Part shown: positions 1-13,094 of the stretch, piece by piece
How the letters are laid out: each line of letters opens with the position of its first letter
Numbering within the stretch: the first letter of the stretch is position 1
Assembly (NCBI GenBank): GCA_950097015.1
Contig: CATNEN010000001.1
Location: forward strand, 13,578,001-13,642,000
Origin: Macrostomum hystrix
Lineage: Eukaryota; Animalia; Platyhelminthes
Reading direction: 5' to 3'
Length of the DNA stretch: 64,000 nt
Made by a program: the position numbers and the translations under genes
The notes under the pieces: model-generated
Databases searched by the model: none
Seen by the model: the letters and a program-made list of their open reading frames with translations, nothing else
Told to the model about the DNA's origin: nothing

Positions 1-3000
1 CAAGCCTGGCATCGGCGGCGACCCACTGCCCGGCCAGCGCATCGACCCGCCCAACAGCAAGATCCCACCTGGCGAGGGCAGCCGCTCGCCCGCCTGGGTG
101 GCCTTTGACAAGCAGGTGCTGTCATTCGACGCCTACTTCCAGGAGAGCGTTCAGGAGAGACGTGAGGAGCAGTACCGCGTGCGGCATTGCAAGATCTACT
201 TTTACCTGGAGGATGACTCCATTCAGGTAGGTTAAACTCATTTTAATATTAGTCATTTATCTAGTTTCAATATCTAAAAAACTGCCACTTAACCTCAACT
301 CGCCGCCCAGGTAATCGAAGCACGCTTGAAGAACAGCGGCCTGCCCCAGGGCACCCTGGTTCGACGCCACCGTATTCCAAAGCCGGCGCCCAACGACAAT
401 CGATTCTTCACCGTCGAGGACTTCAACGTTGGTCAGAACATCAGCTTCTACGGCAAGACCTTCCGCATCACCGGCTGCGATCAGTTCACGGAGAATTTCC
501 TACGCAAGCTGGGCGTCCGCATCGGCCTGCCGGAGTCCCAACCGAGCGACCCGTATGGCGATCATCGCAAGGCGGTAAGCGATTTTTTAAATAATCCGCT
601 AACCTCTATGACATCCTGTCATTTCTACTTGAAGTAGTGCGAATAACAACTCTGGGAAATCAATTACAGCTGGACGAGTCCATGCAGCCTCTGCGACCCT
701 ACGAGCGTCACGATACGCTGCGCCAGTTCCTGGATCACGATCGTCACGTGCTGCGCTTCTTCTGCTGCTGGGACGACACTGACTCTCTGTACGGCGACAA
801 CCGCGAGATGGTGATGCACTACTTCCTGTCCGATGACACTGTCGAAATTCGCGAAGTTGTCAAGGCCAACAGCGGCCGAGACGCCGCGCCTTGCTTCCTG
901 CGTCGTCAGCAGCTGCCGAAGAATCTTGAAGCTCTTCGCCAGCCTGGCGAGCTGTGCGACCGGACTGTGCTGAATGTTTTCGGCGAGATTCAGGGCGGCC
1001 GCTACATCCTGGACAATCTGAAGGTGCTTACAATGCCGCACTTAAAACCTTTTAGTACTGGGATCTTCGATCTGGGATCTTCGATCTGGGATCTTCGATC
1101 TGGGATCTTCGATCTGGGATCTTCGATCTGGGATCTTCGATCTGGGATCTTCGATCTGGGATCTTCGATCTGGGATCTTCGATCTGGGATCTTCGATCTG
1201 GGATCTTCGATCTGGGATCTTCGATCTGGGATAAAGGTGTTATCTTGAGCTGCATTGCATCAGAAAGTAACGCTATCATTAATCCATTTAAACGCAGACT
1301 GGAACAGTGAAGCTCGAATTTTACAACGACAAAGACCTGACTGTGGGCTCCTTCATCAACGTTTTTGGCCGCAAGTTCCTTCTATGCGACTGCGACGAAT
1401 TCACAAGGGAGTACTACACCACCAAATACGGCATCAGTGAGTGACTGATTCTCCCAGACTGTTCAGAACGGTTGCTATCAGAAAGTTTGTTCAAGTAAAA
1501 TCGTACTCTACTGATACAAAAAAACGCATTGAACATTGCAGCCGAGTTCCACCCAATCACCAGGAAGAAGGCGACTGGTGGAGCCTGTCCTACCGGGGGT
1601 GAGCGATCAATAATTAATCGAGATTTTATCGGTGCCATGAATCAGTGCAGAGTTAAGTGTCTTTCTAGAAGGACAAAAATTGTTTCATCGGAGTCGGGAA
1701 TCGAACTCCCGACCTTGAAGTCCAACTCTCTAACCACTAGGCTATCCCCCACAAAAAATGTGTAGTGACCTCCAAGTCCACGGACCTTTTGAAAGTGCCA
1801 TAGCCTTATTCTATCTACTGGATTATTCTATCACTATCTATTCTGAGCCCGAAATTATGCATTCCAGACAGTGGACCGCCCTACAATGGCTTCGGCTCGG
1901 AGGAGGACTCCATGGCCAACACCAAGGGCCTGATTCCCGCGCCGCCGCGCAAGAACATTGTCCAGCTGATCGAGAAGGATCGCCAGGGCCTCGAGTCGCA
2001 CGTCCTGCGCTTCCTGGCCCGCCTAGTGACGGACAAGGCCATCGACAAGGACCGCCGGTTCATCGTCAACTTCTTTCTTAGCGACGACAGTATCCTGGTG
2101 TTCGAGCCGCCGCAGAGGAACTCTGGCTTCCAGGGCGGAAAATTCCTGGAGCGCATCAAACTGCCGAAGCCGGGACACGAGCGCTTCAGCACCAAGAACC
2201 CGGAGTACTACAAGGCCTACGACTTCTACGTTGGCGCCGTGCTGGAGATCAACAAGTTCAAGATGGAGATTCTGGACGCTGACGAGTACGCCTACAAGTA
2301 CATGGAGTCCAATCCGGACTATGTGAGTTTCAGCTTTTATAAACACTTGCAACCGATCACGAAGGTGATGAGACCTTTGAAGCAATCCCGCAACCTTCCG
2401 AATTGCAGTTCCTGGTGGCCGATGTCAACCGCGTGTTGGACAAGCTGCGCCGCGCCACCCAGGGCCACGGCCAGGAGCTGCACGCCGCCTTCGCCGCTAA
2501 GGATCTCAACGACTCTAATCGCGTCACTTATCAGGACTTCCGCTGCGTGCTGGACAAGCTAGCCAAGTGCGGCAACTTTGTCGAGCACGAGCTGATCACG
2601 GTTGCTCGCTTCTATGCCTACCAGTAAGTTGATGCAGCTGGCACCAAGGCCAAATTCCTTTTGGCTTCAGCCACGGAGAGAAGGAGGACTTGGGATGTCT
2701 TACAAGTTAATTAACAAGGCACATCGAGGTGTACACTGCTTTAACATAAGAAAGTCAGGGCAGATGTACGCAGCCAGTTTGTGTGCGCCTGCATAACATA
2801 TCTGTGTGCGCGTATTTGATCAGGAGTCTTTGATTTTTATCCTGCCCTGGTGTACATTGCAGGCGTGTACGCAATTTTTCCTTACCCTAGACAAGAGCCC
2901 TACCTCACGCCACTGCATACTTCCTTCCCCCGCGAGCCCCAGCTGAGGCGCCCACCTCACTCCGCACCCGGAATTTCTCTCTCCAGCCCGCCTGGCGAGG

Positions 3001-4755
3001 TCGACCAAGCTGCCCTGCTGGGCTCGTTGCAGGCCCATCTGCGCAAGCACAACTTTGAACTGTTCAGCCGACTAAAAGAGGCCGCCCAGCACTACGACAC
3101 CGAGTCTAGCGGCTGTCTGCCTTCGGCCACGCTCGTCACCGTCTGCCGCACACTGGGCCTCCCTGTGCCCAGCGATCTACTGAGGGCGACTCTGGAGGCG
3201 TAAGTTTGTCTTTAATATTCTTCTGATGCTACTTCAAGTAGATTGGCAGCAAATCCAGTACTCCTAGGACCTGACTGTAGGGCAATGAAAACTTTTGAGA
3301 GCCAGGGCCCCTGCAGTCTCGTCCTCTCGTATCAAGCCCAAAAGAAAATCTGATACCCTTTTAGCCAAGCTTTAACAATCTAAAAAATAGATTCACGCTG
3401 TAAAACATACTCGCGAGTTCCGATGTTTTTCTTCTAAAAGTCTCTTTTTTGTCTACCTGCTTGTCTGCATGTCCGACTGGCTGTGCCTGTCAGTTTTACC
3501 TGGCTGAAATCATCATTATCATCACGTAGACGCGTTAGTGTGAGATCTCGCAATGCTGCTGATGTGATGCAGAATTCGTATTATAAGTTTTACAGGGGCC
3601 GTGTGAGACATCCCTTCCTAGGCTGAGAAGGCATTTATGGTTGCATATAAATCAAGCTTCGAGGAGCTCATACCTGACAGCTTATCTGGATGACGGGCAG
3701 AGGGGGCTGTTTGAGGGCCTCTTGCATTTGATCTGATGAATCGCGCGTCATGTATAAGCCTTCTCCTTGTGTCTCCCTTGGATAGGGATTAGTGGGTGCT
3801 CTTAATGAGAGCACATTGCCCCCATACTCAGCCGCCTCGTTCTCAGTCGAGTGGCTCTCCTCAATAGAGCCTAGGGGGGATTTTAGCATGTACTCAAACT
3901 AGAGACCTTCCCATCGTTATTCTTCATTTTCTGTTTCCTAGTGCGGGTGCAGGAATTTCTGACATGAACTGTAATAGCGAATTTCATTTTATCCAACTCG
4001 CTTTTTTTCTTTCCGTCTTTCGCCATTCTCAATCCCCTGTCTTCACTCCCAGTCGAGATTACCTAGCTCACCTTCTGCAATTTGGGGAAGGTATGCTGCA
4101 CTTACCGCCTAAGCTGATTAAATGAGGGAGAATAACTTTTAAAAAGATTTTCTACTTTAGTAGCGAAGGCCGAAAAGCAAGGTTGGAATAGAAAACAGTG
4201 AAATCAAATAGAAAAATTATAATTTAGTATACTATTTAATTTAGTCGGTAACTATTTTTTTAACACTAGACAAATCAAACTTAGGTAGGAAAACAAACAA
4301 AATAGTCATGAGACTTTAGCCAATCAGCTATGACTAACACCATAGGGGAAAGAAAGCAAAACTCTGAAGACTTGGGTCAGGACGCTCCAACCAGTCAGCG
4401 CCAAGTGACGCTTGCAGTGGGTAGAGAGAAAAACTTTTCTAACACACCATCAGCCAATCAGAGCCGAGCTATTCAATTGGGGTAAAAATGGCAAGAAACA
4501 CAAAAAACCCAACTCAACTGCAGACTGGCCGAGCCCGCCTGCTCCTCCGACGGCGACTGCCGCGTCAACTACGCCAAATTCGTTGACCGGATCAACTGGC
4601 GCGATCATCCGCTGCGACCGCCGCCGGACGCTGTCGCTCAGTCTGCCAAGGCCGAAGATGCCTGGTCGCCTGGCAGCGGGGGCGGTCAGAACCAGGTTCA
4701 GTTTGTCCAGTACTGCGCCTTCCAGGCTGACTTGGCTGGCGGATCGACCTGCTGA
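1..4755 (+). CDS. EFHC2: EF-hand domain-containing family member C2 (DM10 domains plus C-terminal EF-hand region), 5'-truncated. Exons: <1-226, 311-574, 670-1023, 1298-1436, 1542-1598, 1868-2322, 2409-2623, 2987-3199, 4524-4755
   Basis: Spliced translation gives [116 protein letters not shown] and [16 protein letters not shown]. All junctions are GT-AG with consistent phases. Stop TGA at 4753-4755. Confidence 0.92.
1059..1230. repeat. 14-bp tandem repeat (GGGATCTTCGATCT) x~12 in an EFHC2 intron
   Basis: Perfect tandem units visible directly. Confidence 0.95.
1640..1750 (-). mobile_element. Truncated tRNA-derived SINE head (same family as 46300-46612)
   Basis: Minus strand reads GGGGATAGCCTAGTGGTTAG (A box)...GTTCGATTCC (B box)...AGACACTTAACTCTGCA, shared with the 46.3-46.6 kb copy. 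Confidence 0.7.
2670..2830 (+). mobile_element. Diverged internal fragment of the SINE at 25893-26262
   Basis: Shares ATAAGAAAGTCAGGGCAGATGTAC, TATCTGTGTGCG and TCAGGAGTC with the 26 kb copy. Confidence 0.65.
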
Positions 4756-5899
4756 GCTTCACGGATGCGAAAATTTCTGACTCTGATAACCAATGAAGGG
4801 GTATAATTTAATGTTTTATTTTATTTTTTTTACTTTATCAAACTGCTTTGCGAGTTGAACTGATCAATTTTGAATTTCTGCCATTTTTGCAAATTTGTGG
4901 GTGGTGTAGGTACACACGGTGACAAAGTATCTGTTCAGCGATCAGAAAAAATCAATAATTTATCCCTTAATTTTATCGCCAGATAAAAATTAAGAATTTT
5001 TCTTTCTTTCTTAAGCCGTCAAAGTCCTGCTTATTTTCTAAACCTAGAATTCCGTCTTTAAACTAACATGTGCAAACTATACGTGCGCAAGAGTTAACGT
5101 ATTTCGGTCTTAAAACAAATTTTTTTTTCGCTCGGTAAAGTTTTGTCATTTGTGCCTTCGACTTTTTTTATCCTTTTAAAAATAAAATTAGCGGTTAATA
5201 AAACTGGTTTAAAGTTGCGCTGATATTGCTCTATACTCGTATCTTATATTTACGTTCAATGACGACTATAGCCGATGAAAATACCGCCGGCTTTAGGGCG
5301 CAAATTTGAATTACTTTGACAGCTCTATATAAAATATCGATGCTCAAAGGGAATCAATGAACGCGACTAAGAATGACAATTTTAGATAATGTGTTTTTAA
5401 GCTGCTGTTGTTTTCACCCAGACCCTACAAATAGCCTCACAACTTATCTGTAACCAATATATTTAAAGTACATCTTACTAATACAATTACACTCAACAAT
5501 TAAATATACTTTACCCAATGTGTCTGACTGCTAGAAATGCTGTCCAATCAAATGATATTGTCATTGATCTGTTTTATTTGAGCTGTTCCGTTTTTTCGAA
5601 TTTGGTGACTCGCACTGAGAGAACCGACTTTGTGACCCAAATATATAAATTCATTGACCCGAATTTATTGATCAGCACGTGTAACGCCATTCAATGCATC
5701 TCGAAACACTTGCCTGATCTGTACAGCAATAGCTACCTGAGAGATGACCTGTTACCTGTCAGTCTAACCAACACCACACTTGACAGATTTTCGAAGCAGA
5801 AAAAAATAAATATCAAGAGAAATGTACCTCGTTGAGAAAAGGTATTGTGTGCGTTGAAGCGGATATCTGCGTTATTAGCGCCACCTACCTGCCTTTTGA

Positions 5900-6660
5900 G
5901 ACAGAAGTGTCACCTGTTAGACAGGAGTGTCCCCTGTTAGACAGGAATGTCACCTGTTAGACAGGAGTGTCACCTGTTAGACAGGAATGTCACCTGTTAG
6001 ACAGGAGTGTCACCTGTTAGACAGGAATGTCACCTGTTAGACAGGAGTGTCACCTGTTAGACAGGAGTGTCACCTGTTAGACAGGAATGTCACCTGTTAG
6101 ACAGGAGTGTCACCTGTTAGACAGGAATGTCACCTGTTAGACAGGATTTTCGCCTGTTAGACAAGAGTGTCCACCTGTTAGACAGGAGGGTCACCTGTTA
6201 GACAGGAGTGTCACCTGTTATACAGAAGTGTCACCTGTTAGACAGAAGTGTCACCTGTTAGACAGGAGTGTCACCTGTTAGACAGGATTGTCACCTGTTA
6301 GACAGGATTTTCGCCTGTTAGACAAGAGTGTCCACCTGTTAGACAGGAGTGTCACCTGTTAGACAGGAGTGTCACCTGTTAGACAGGATTTTCGCCTGTT
6401 AGACAAGAGTGTCCACCTGTTAGACAGGATTGTCACCTGTTAGACAGGAGTGTCACCTGTTAGACAGGAATGTCACCTGTTAGACAGGAGTGTCACCTGT
6501 GAGACAGGAATGTCACCTGTTAGACAGGAATGTCACCTGTGAGACAGGAATGTCACCTGTCAGACAGGAATGTCACCTGTTAGACAGGAGTGTTACCTGT
6601 TAGAGAGGAGTGCCACCTGTTAGACAGGAGTGCCACCTGTTAGACAGGAGTGTCGCCTGA
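5900..6660. repeat. 20-bp minisatellite CACCTGTTAGACAGGA(G/A)TGT
   Basis: About 38 tandem units. Each has an internal palindrome CCTGT-TAG-ACAGG. Confidence 0.95.
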
Positions 6661-7122
6661 CAGTAATTAGTTTCCACTTGTTGGGCTAGGTTATATTAAT
6701 TAGCAATTAAAGCTATACAAACTGACTGAAAAGTGTAAAGTTTCAGCTAGAAGCAAAGTTAGCCGCACCCAGGATGAAGCCCCGACTTTCGCACCGATGC
6801 CTGAACCTGAAATTAGAGAAAAAAGCGGAAAATGAGTCTAAAGACACGTACCTAATAATCTTTGGGCTTTGTGCGTCAGGCAGACCAGAAAAAATAGAGG
6901 AAGGAAGAAAGCAGAATTGAAGGGCAGCAAACTGCAGTCCTCGGGGGACGGCAATTAGCGCCTTAGGATATTCTTTTTTAGTCCTTATTTATCTTTGTTA
7001 TTACTGAATTATTTATGACTAGAAGATCCACTAGGCAGAAACGGCTTCTAGCTAGCCCAATGGTTAGAACTTCTGGCCGACACGTCCAGAGTTCGATTCT
7101 CGGCCAAAAGAAGAAATTTATC

Positions 7123-7366
7123 TCCTGACACTTCTGTATGACTTCTGACACTTTAATGGCCCTCCAGACACGTTTTTATGTCTCCTGACACCTCTGTATG
7201 TCTTCTGACACCTCTGTATGTCTTCTGACACTTTAATGCCCCCCTGACACTTTTGTATGCCTCCTGACACCTCTACATGTCTTCTGACACCTCTGTATGT
7301 CTTCTGACACTTTAATGCCCCCCTGACACTTTTGTATGCCTCCTGACACCTCTACATGTCTTCTGA
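7123..7366. repeat. Degenerate ~20-bp repeat (CTGACACCTCTGTATGTCTT-like)
   Basis: Recurring CTGACAC units, with a duplicated higher-order block of about 80 bp. Confidence 0.8.
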
Positions 7367-7679
7367 TAGCTCATGAAAGCTTTTACTTTATCTCCCGAGC
7401 AAATAAAATCGATAACAACACGAAGCTCTACTCCCATTGGATAGTGATAAATACGATTTTATTGGCTGAGCCAGAATTCGACCACATTTAAATCCCCACT
7501 GCTCACATCATCTCAGGTGATGATCAGCTTGGAAGCCATTGATTAGCTGTGGGTTAATATTGAAATTTAAGCAGACCATCCGAAGCTTTTTACAGCTATT
7601 AGCGAGTTAGGTAAGCTGTTCTATATTCAATACGCTCGAAATATGCTCACCATTTTATTTAAAAAATTATATATTTGTT

Positions 7680-8079
7680 GTCCAACAGCTAGACTCATGT
7701 CTAACAGCTAGACTCATGTCTAACAGCTAGACTCATGTCCAACAGCTAGACTCATGTCTAACAGCTAGGCTCATGTCTAACAGCTAGGCTCATGTCCAAC
7801 AGCTAGACTCATGTCTAACAGCTAGACCCATGTCTAACAGCTAGGCTCATGTCTAACAGCTAGACCCATGTCTAACAGCTATAGGCTCATGTCTAATAGA
7901 TAGACTCATGTCTAACGGCTAGACTCATGTCTAACAGCTAGACTCATGTCCAACAGCTAGACTCATGTCTAACAGCTAGACTCATGTCTAACGGCTAGAA
8001 CTCATGTCTAACGGCTAGAACTCATGTCTAACAGCTAGACTCATGTCTAACAGCTAGACTCATGTCTAACAGCTAGACC
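7680..8079. repeat. 19-bp minisatellite GTCTAACAGCTAGACTCAT
   Basis: About 21 tandem units. The reverse complement carries CTGTTAGAC. Confidence 0.95.
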
Positions 8080-8739
8080 CGAACTTCAGCCTCTAGATCA
8101 CGATACATCTTATGATAATATGTTTTCTCTATTTAAATTAAGGAGGAGTTTAAGTTTTAACCCAAATTAGTTTGTGCGCTGAAGTGGCAGTCTTGATGAC
8201 GAGAAGCTATCTGTCAGCATCAATCAGTGACAATTCTCTTTCCCAACAATCTCAACTTAACTGTATCTACTGCAACTGAATTCCTGATTGCTTTTGTACT
8301 CATTGGTGCTCAGACACCTCGCCTACTCAAATTGATACATCGGCCCTAGGGTCAATGAGGGGCCCAAATACTCATCATAAACTGCTCAGAAAGTTTGTGT
8401 GCTCAACTGAGACCGACTCGCTTGAATGTACTTTTAGCATTGTATGCCCATCGCCGCCTCGCCAGGTCATTAATCTCTTCCATTTGTTTCCGACAAAAAT
8501 TCTCCCCTCGCCTCTCCCCTCTGGGAAACAGATTTTGTCCTGTTTTCCTGGAAAACTGGATGTCAGTTGCAGCACTGCCGCCAGCCCGCAATAGGTACCG
8601 CAGATTCAGAGAAATTACTCATTAACCCCGTGTTATCACTCACCTTGCTAAATTGGACGAATTAGACCACAATACTGCTGCCACTCGAACACTGATCCAC
8701 CAGTCCACTTACACTAACCACTTCTTCACAATGTCTCAT

Positions 8740-11700
8740 TCTCTACTCTCTCCCCTTCTCTACTCTCTCTCCCCTTCTCTACTCTCTCCCCTTCTCTACT
8801 CTCTCTCCCTTCTCTACTCTCTCTCCCCTTCTCTACTCTCTCTCCCCTTCTCTACTCTCTCCCCTTCTCTACTCTCTCTCCCCTTCTCTACTCTCTCCCC
8901 TTCTCTACTCTCTCCCCTTCTCTACCCTCTCTCCCCTTCTCTACTCTCTCTCCCCTTCTCTACTCTCTCCCCTTCTCTACTCTCTCCCCTTCTCTACTCT
9001 CTCCCTTTGTCTACTCTCTCCCTTTGTCTACTCTCTCTCCCCTTCTCTACTCTCTCCCCTTCTCTACTCTCTCCCCTTCTCTACTCTCTCTCCCCTTCTC
9101 TACTCTCTCTCCCCTTCTCTACTCTCTCCCCTTCTCTACTCTCTCCCCTTCTCTACTCTCTCCCCTTCTCTACTCTCTCCCTTTCTCTACTCTCTCTCCC
9201 CTTCTCTACTCTCTCCCCTTCTCTACTCTCTCCCCTTCTCTACTCTCTCTCCCCTTCTCTACTCTCTCCCCTTCTCTACTCTCTCTCCCCTTCTCTACTA
9301 TCTCCCCTTCTCTACTCTCTCCCCTTCTCTACTCTCTCCCCTTCTCTACTCTCTCCCCTTCTCTACTCTCTCTCCCCTTCTCTACTCTCTCCCCTTCTCT
9401 ACTCTCTCCCCTTCTCTACTCTCTCTCCCCTTCTCTACTCTCTCCCCTTCTCTACTCTCTCCCCTTCTCTACTCTCTCCCCTTCTCTACCCTCTCTCCCC
9501 TTCTCTACTCTCTCTCCCCTTCTCTACTCTCTCCCCTTCTCTACTCTCTCCCCTTCTCTACTCTCTCCCCTTCTCTACTCTCTCCCCTTCTCTACTCTCT
9601 CCCCTTCTCTACTCTCTCCCCTTCTCTACTCTCTCTCCCCTTCTCTACTCTCTCCCCTTCTCTACTCTCTCTCCCTTCTCTACTCTCTCCCCTTCTCTAC
9701 TCTCTCCCCTTCTCTACCCTCTCTCCCCTTCTCTACTCTCTCCCCTTCTCTACTCTCTCTCCCTTCTCTACTCTCTCCCCTTCTCTACTCTCTCCCCTTC
9801 TCTACTCTCTCCCTTTGTCTACTCTCTCCCTTTGTCTACTCTCTCTCCCCTTCTCTACTCTCTCCCCTTCTCTACTCTCTCTCCCCTTCTCTACTCTCTC
9901 TCCCCTTCTCTACTCTCTCCCCTTCTCTACTCTCTCCCCTTCTCTACTCTCTCCCCTTCTCTACTCTCTCCCTTTCTCTACTCTCTCTCCCCTTCTCTAC
10001 TCTCTCCCCTTCTCTACTCTCTCCCCTTCTCTACTCTCTCTCCCCTTCTCTACTCTCTCCCCTTCTCTACTCTCTCTCCCCTTCTCTACTATCTCCCCTT
10101 CTCTACTCTCTCCCCTTCTCTACTCTCTCCCCTTCTCTACTCTCTCCCCTTCTCTACTCTCTCTCCCCTTCTCTACTCTCTCCCCTTCTCTACTCTCTCC
10201 CCTTCTCTACTCTCTCTCCCCTTCTCTACTCTCTCCCCTTCTCTACTCTCTCCCCTTCTCTACTCTCTCCCCTTCTCTACCCTCTCTCCCCTTCTCTACT
10301 CTCTCTCCCCTTCTCTACTCTCTCCCCTTCTCTACTCTCTCCCCTTCTCTACTCTCTCCCCTTCTCTACTCTCTCCCCTTCTCTACTCTCTCCCCTTCTC
10401 TACTCTCTCCCCTTCTCTACTCTCTCTCCCCTTCTCTACTCTCTCCCCTTCTCTACTCTCTCTCCCTTCTCTACTCTCTCCCCTTCTCTACTCTCTCCCC
10501 TTCTCTACCCTCTCTCCCCTTCTCTACTCTCTCCCCTTCTCTACTCTCTCTCCCTTCTCTACTCTCTCCCCTTCTCTACTCTCTCCCCTTCTCTACCCTC
10601 TCTCCCCTTCTCTACTCTCTCTCCCCTTCTCTACTCTCTCCCCTTCTCTACTCTCTCCCCTTCTCTACTCTCTCCCCTTCTCTACTCTCTCTCCCCTTCT
10701 CTACTCTCTCCCCTTCTCTACTCTCTCCCCTTCTCTACTCTCTCCCCTTCTCTACCCTCTCTCCCCTTCTCTACTCTCTCTCCCCTTCTCTACTCTCTCC
10801 CCTTCTCTACTCTCTCCCCTTCTCTACTCTCTCCCCTTCTCTACTCTCTCTCCCCTTCTCTACTCTCTCCCCTTCTCTACTCTCTCTCCCTTCTCTACTC
10901 TCTCCCCTTCTCTACTCTCTCCCCTTCTCTACCCTCTCTCCCCTTCTCTACTCTCTCTCCCCTTCTCTACTCTCTCCCCTTCTCTACTCTCTCCCCTTCT
11001 CTACTCTCTCCCCTTCTCTACTCTCTCTCCCCTTCTCTACTCTCTCCCCTTCTCTACTCTCTCTCCCCTTCTCTACTCTCTCCCCTTCTCTACTCTCTCC
11101 CCTTCTCTACTCTCTCCCCTTCTCTACCCTCTCTCCCCTTCTCTACTCTCTCTCCCCTTCTCTACTCTCTCCCCTTCTCTACTCTCTCCCCTTCTCTACT
11201 CTCTCCCCTTCTCTACTCTCTCTCCCCTTCTCTACTCTCTCCCCTTCTCTACTCTCTCTCCCCTTCTCTACTCTCTCCCCTTCTCTACTCTCTCTCCCCT
11301 TCTCTACTCTCTCCCCTTCTCTACTCTCTCCCCTTCTCTACTCTCTCCCCTTCTCTACCCTCTCTCCCCTTCTCTACTCTCTCTCCCCTTCTCTACTCTC
11401 TCCCCTTCTCTACTCTCTCCCCTTCTCTACTCTCTCCCCTTCTCTACTCTCTCTCCCCTTCTCTACTCTCTCCCCTTCTCTACTCTCTCCCCTTCTCTAC
11501 TCTCTCCCCTTCTCTACCCTCTCTCCCCTTCTCTACTCTCTCTCCCCTTCTCTACTCTCTCCCCTTCTCTACTCTCTCCCCTTCTCTACTCTCTCCCCTT
11601 CTCTACTCTCTCTCCCCTTCTCTACTCTCTCCCCTTCTCTACTCTCTCCCCTTCTCTACTCTCTCCCCTTCTCTACCCTCTCTCCCCTTCTCTACTCTCT

Positions 11701-12555
11701 CTCCCCTTCTCTACTCTCTCCCCTTCTCTACTCTCTCCCCTTCTCTACTCTCTCCCCTTCTCTACTCTCTCTCCCCTTCTCTACTCTCTCTCCCCTTCTC
11801 TACTCTCTCCCCTTCTCTACTCTCTCCTCTTCTCTACTCTCTCCCCTTCTCTACTCTCTCTCCCCTTCTCTACTCTCTCTCCCCTTCTCTACTCTCTCTC
11901 CCCTTCTCTACCCTCTCCCCTTCTCTACTCTCTCTCCCCTTCTCTACTCTCTCTCCCCTTCTCTACTCTCTCTCCCCTTCTCTACTCTCTCTCCCCTTCT
12001 CTACTCTCTCTCCCCTTCTCTACTCTCTCTCCCCTTCTCTACTCTCTCTCCCTTCTCTACTCTCTCTCCCCTTCTCTACTCTCTCTCCCCTTCTCTACTC
12101 TCTCCCCTTCTCTACTCTCTCCCCTTCTCTACTCTCTCCCCTTCTCTACTCTCTCTCCCCTTCTCTACTCTCTCCCCTTCTCTACTCTCTCCCCTTCTCT
12201 ACTCTCTCCCCTTCTCTACCCTCTCTCCCCTTCTCTACTCTCTCTCCCCTTCTCTACTCTCTCCCCTTCTCTACTCTCTCCCCTTCTCTACTCTCTCCCC
12301 TTCTCTACTCTCTCTCCCCTTCTCTACTCTCTCCCCTTCTCTACTCTCTCTCCCCTTCTCTACTCTCTCTCCCCTTCTCTACTCTCTCTCCCCTTCTCTA
12401 CTCTCTCTCCCCTTCTCTACTCTCTCCCCTTCTCTACTCTCTCCTCTTCTCTACTCTCTCCCCTTCTCTACTCTCTCTCCCCTTCTCTACTCTCTCTCCC
12501 CTTCTCTACTCTCTCCCCTTCTCTACTCTCTCCCCTTCTCTACTCTCTCTCTCCT
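8740..12555. repeat. 3.8-kb polypyrimidine minisatellite, 18/20-bp unit CTCTACTCTCT(CT)CCCCTT
   Basis: The + strand is almost exclusively C/T. This produces stop-free pseudo-ORFs in all three frames. Confidence 0.97.
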
Positions 12556-13094
12556 CTTTTGAGCAAAACAAGCTGCTCGTCTAGAAAAATAATTAACAAT
12601 GTCTGATGTTGGGTAAACAGGATGACTAGTTCTTTGTCATAAACTTGGCGATTATGGTCTATGCTAGCCTCAAAATCTTGTCAAAATCGAAAACAAAAAA
12701 TAATTGAAATTTTATCAGATTTGTCAAGAATTAGGATGTGGGATTCGATTTAAAAGCTGTTTAATGAGCTACCCTAAGTCCAGGTGTCTCATAGCTCACT
12801 GTCTGAAATTTCAATTATCATCAAATTTAATTTTGGCTCCTTCGGATGCGAGAAAATTGGATTTCGTTAAGCTGTGTAGCATCGACTCCTGTATTAACTA
12901 GCTCAAGGACACACGGGGTCTGATGGAAACTGATAATTGGATCCCGATCTTGTTGCCATCATTAATAATACAAATCCCTACATCATTTCATGTGAGCTCA
13001 AAAGCAGCTTTGATTACAGTTAAAAAAATATTTCCTTATCTATTGACGAGGATTAGAGTGACAAATGAAGCATAGAGGTACCTGATACTGCTGC

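Noticed and set aside
664-2385. Minus-strand ORFs overlapping EFHC2 exons (likewise antisense to PKA, ATF6 and gag)
   Set aside because: Antisense shadows of GC3-rich coding exons.
5900-6660. CRISPR-like appearance of palindromic repeats (also 13.1, 19.4 and 27.2 kb)
   Set aside because: Units are head-to-tail with no unique spacers, there are no cas genes, and the context is eukaryotic.
8653-12606. 1317-, 1186- and 915-aa ORFs (S/L/P/F-rich)
   Set aside because: Translations of a C/T minisatellite that cannot contain stop codons. Open in all three frames.
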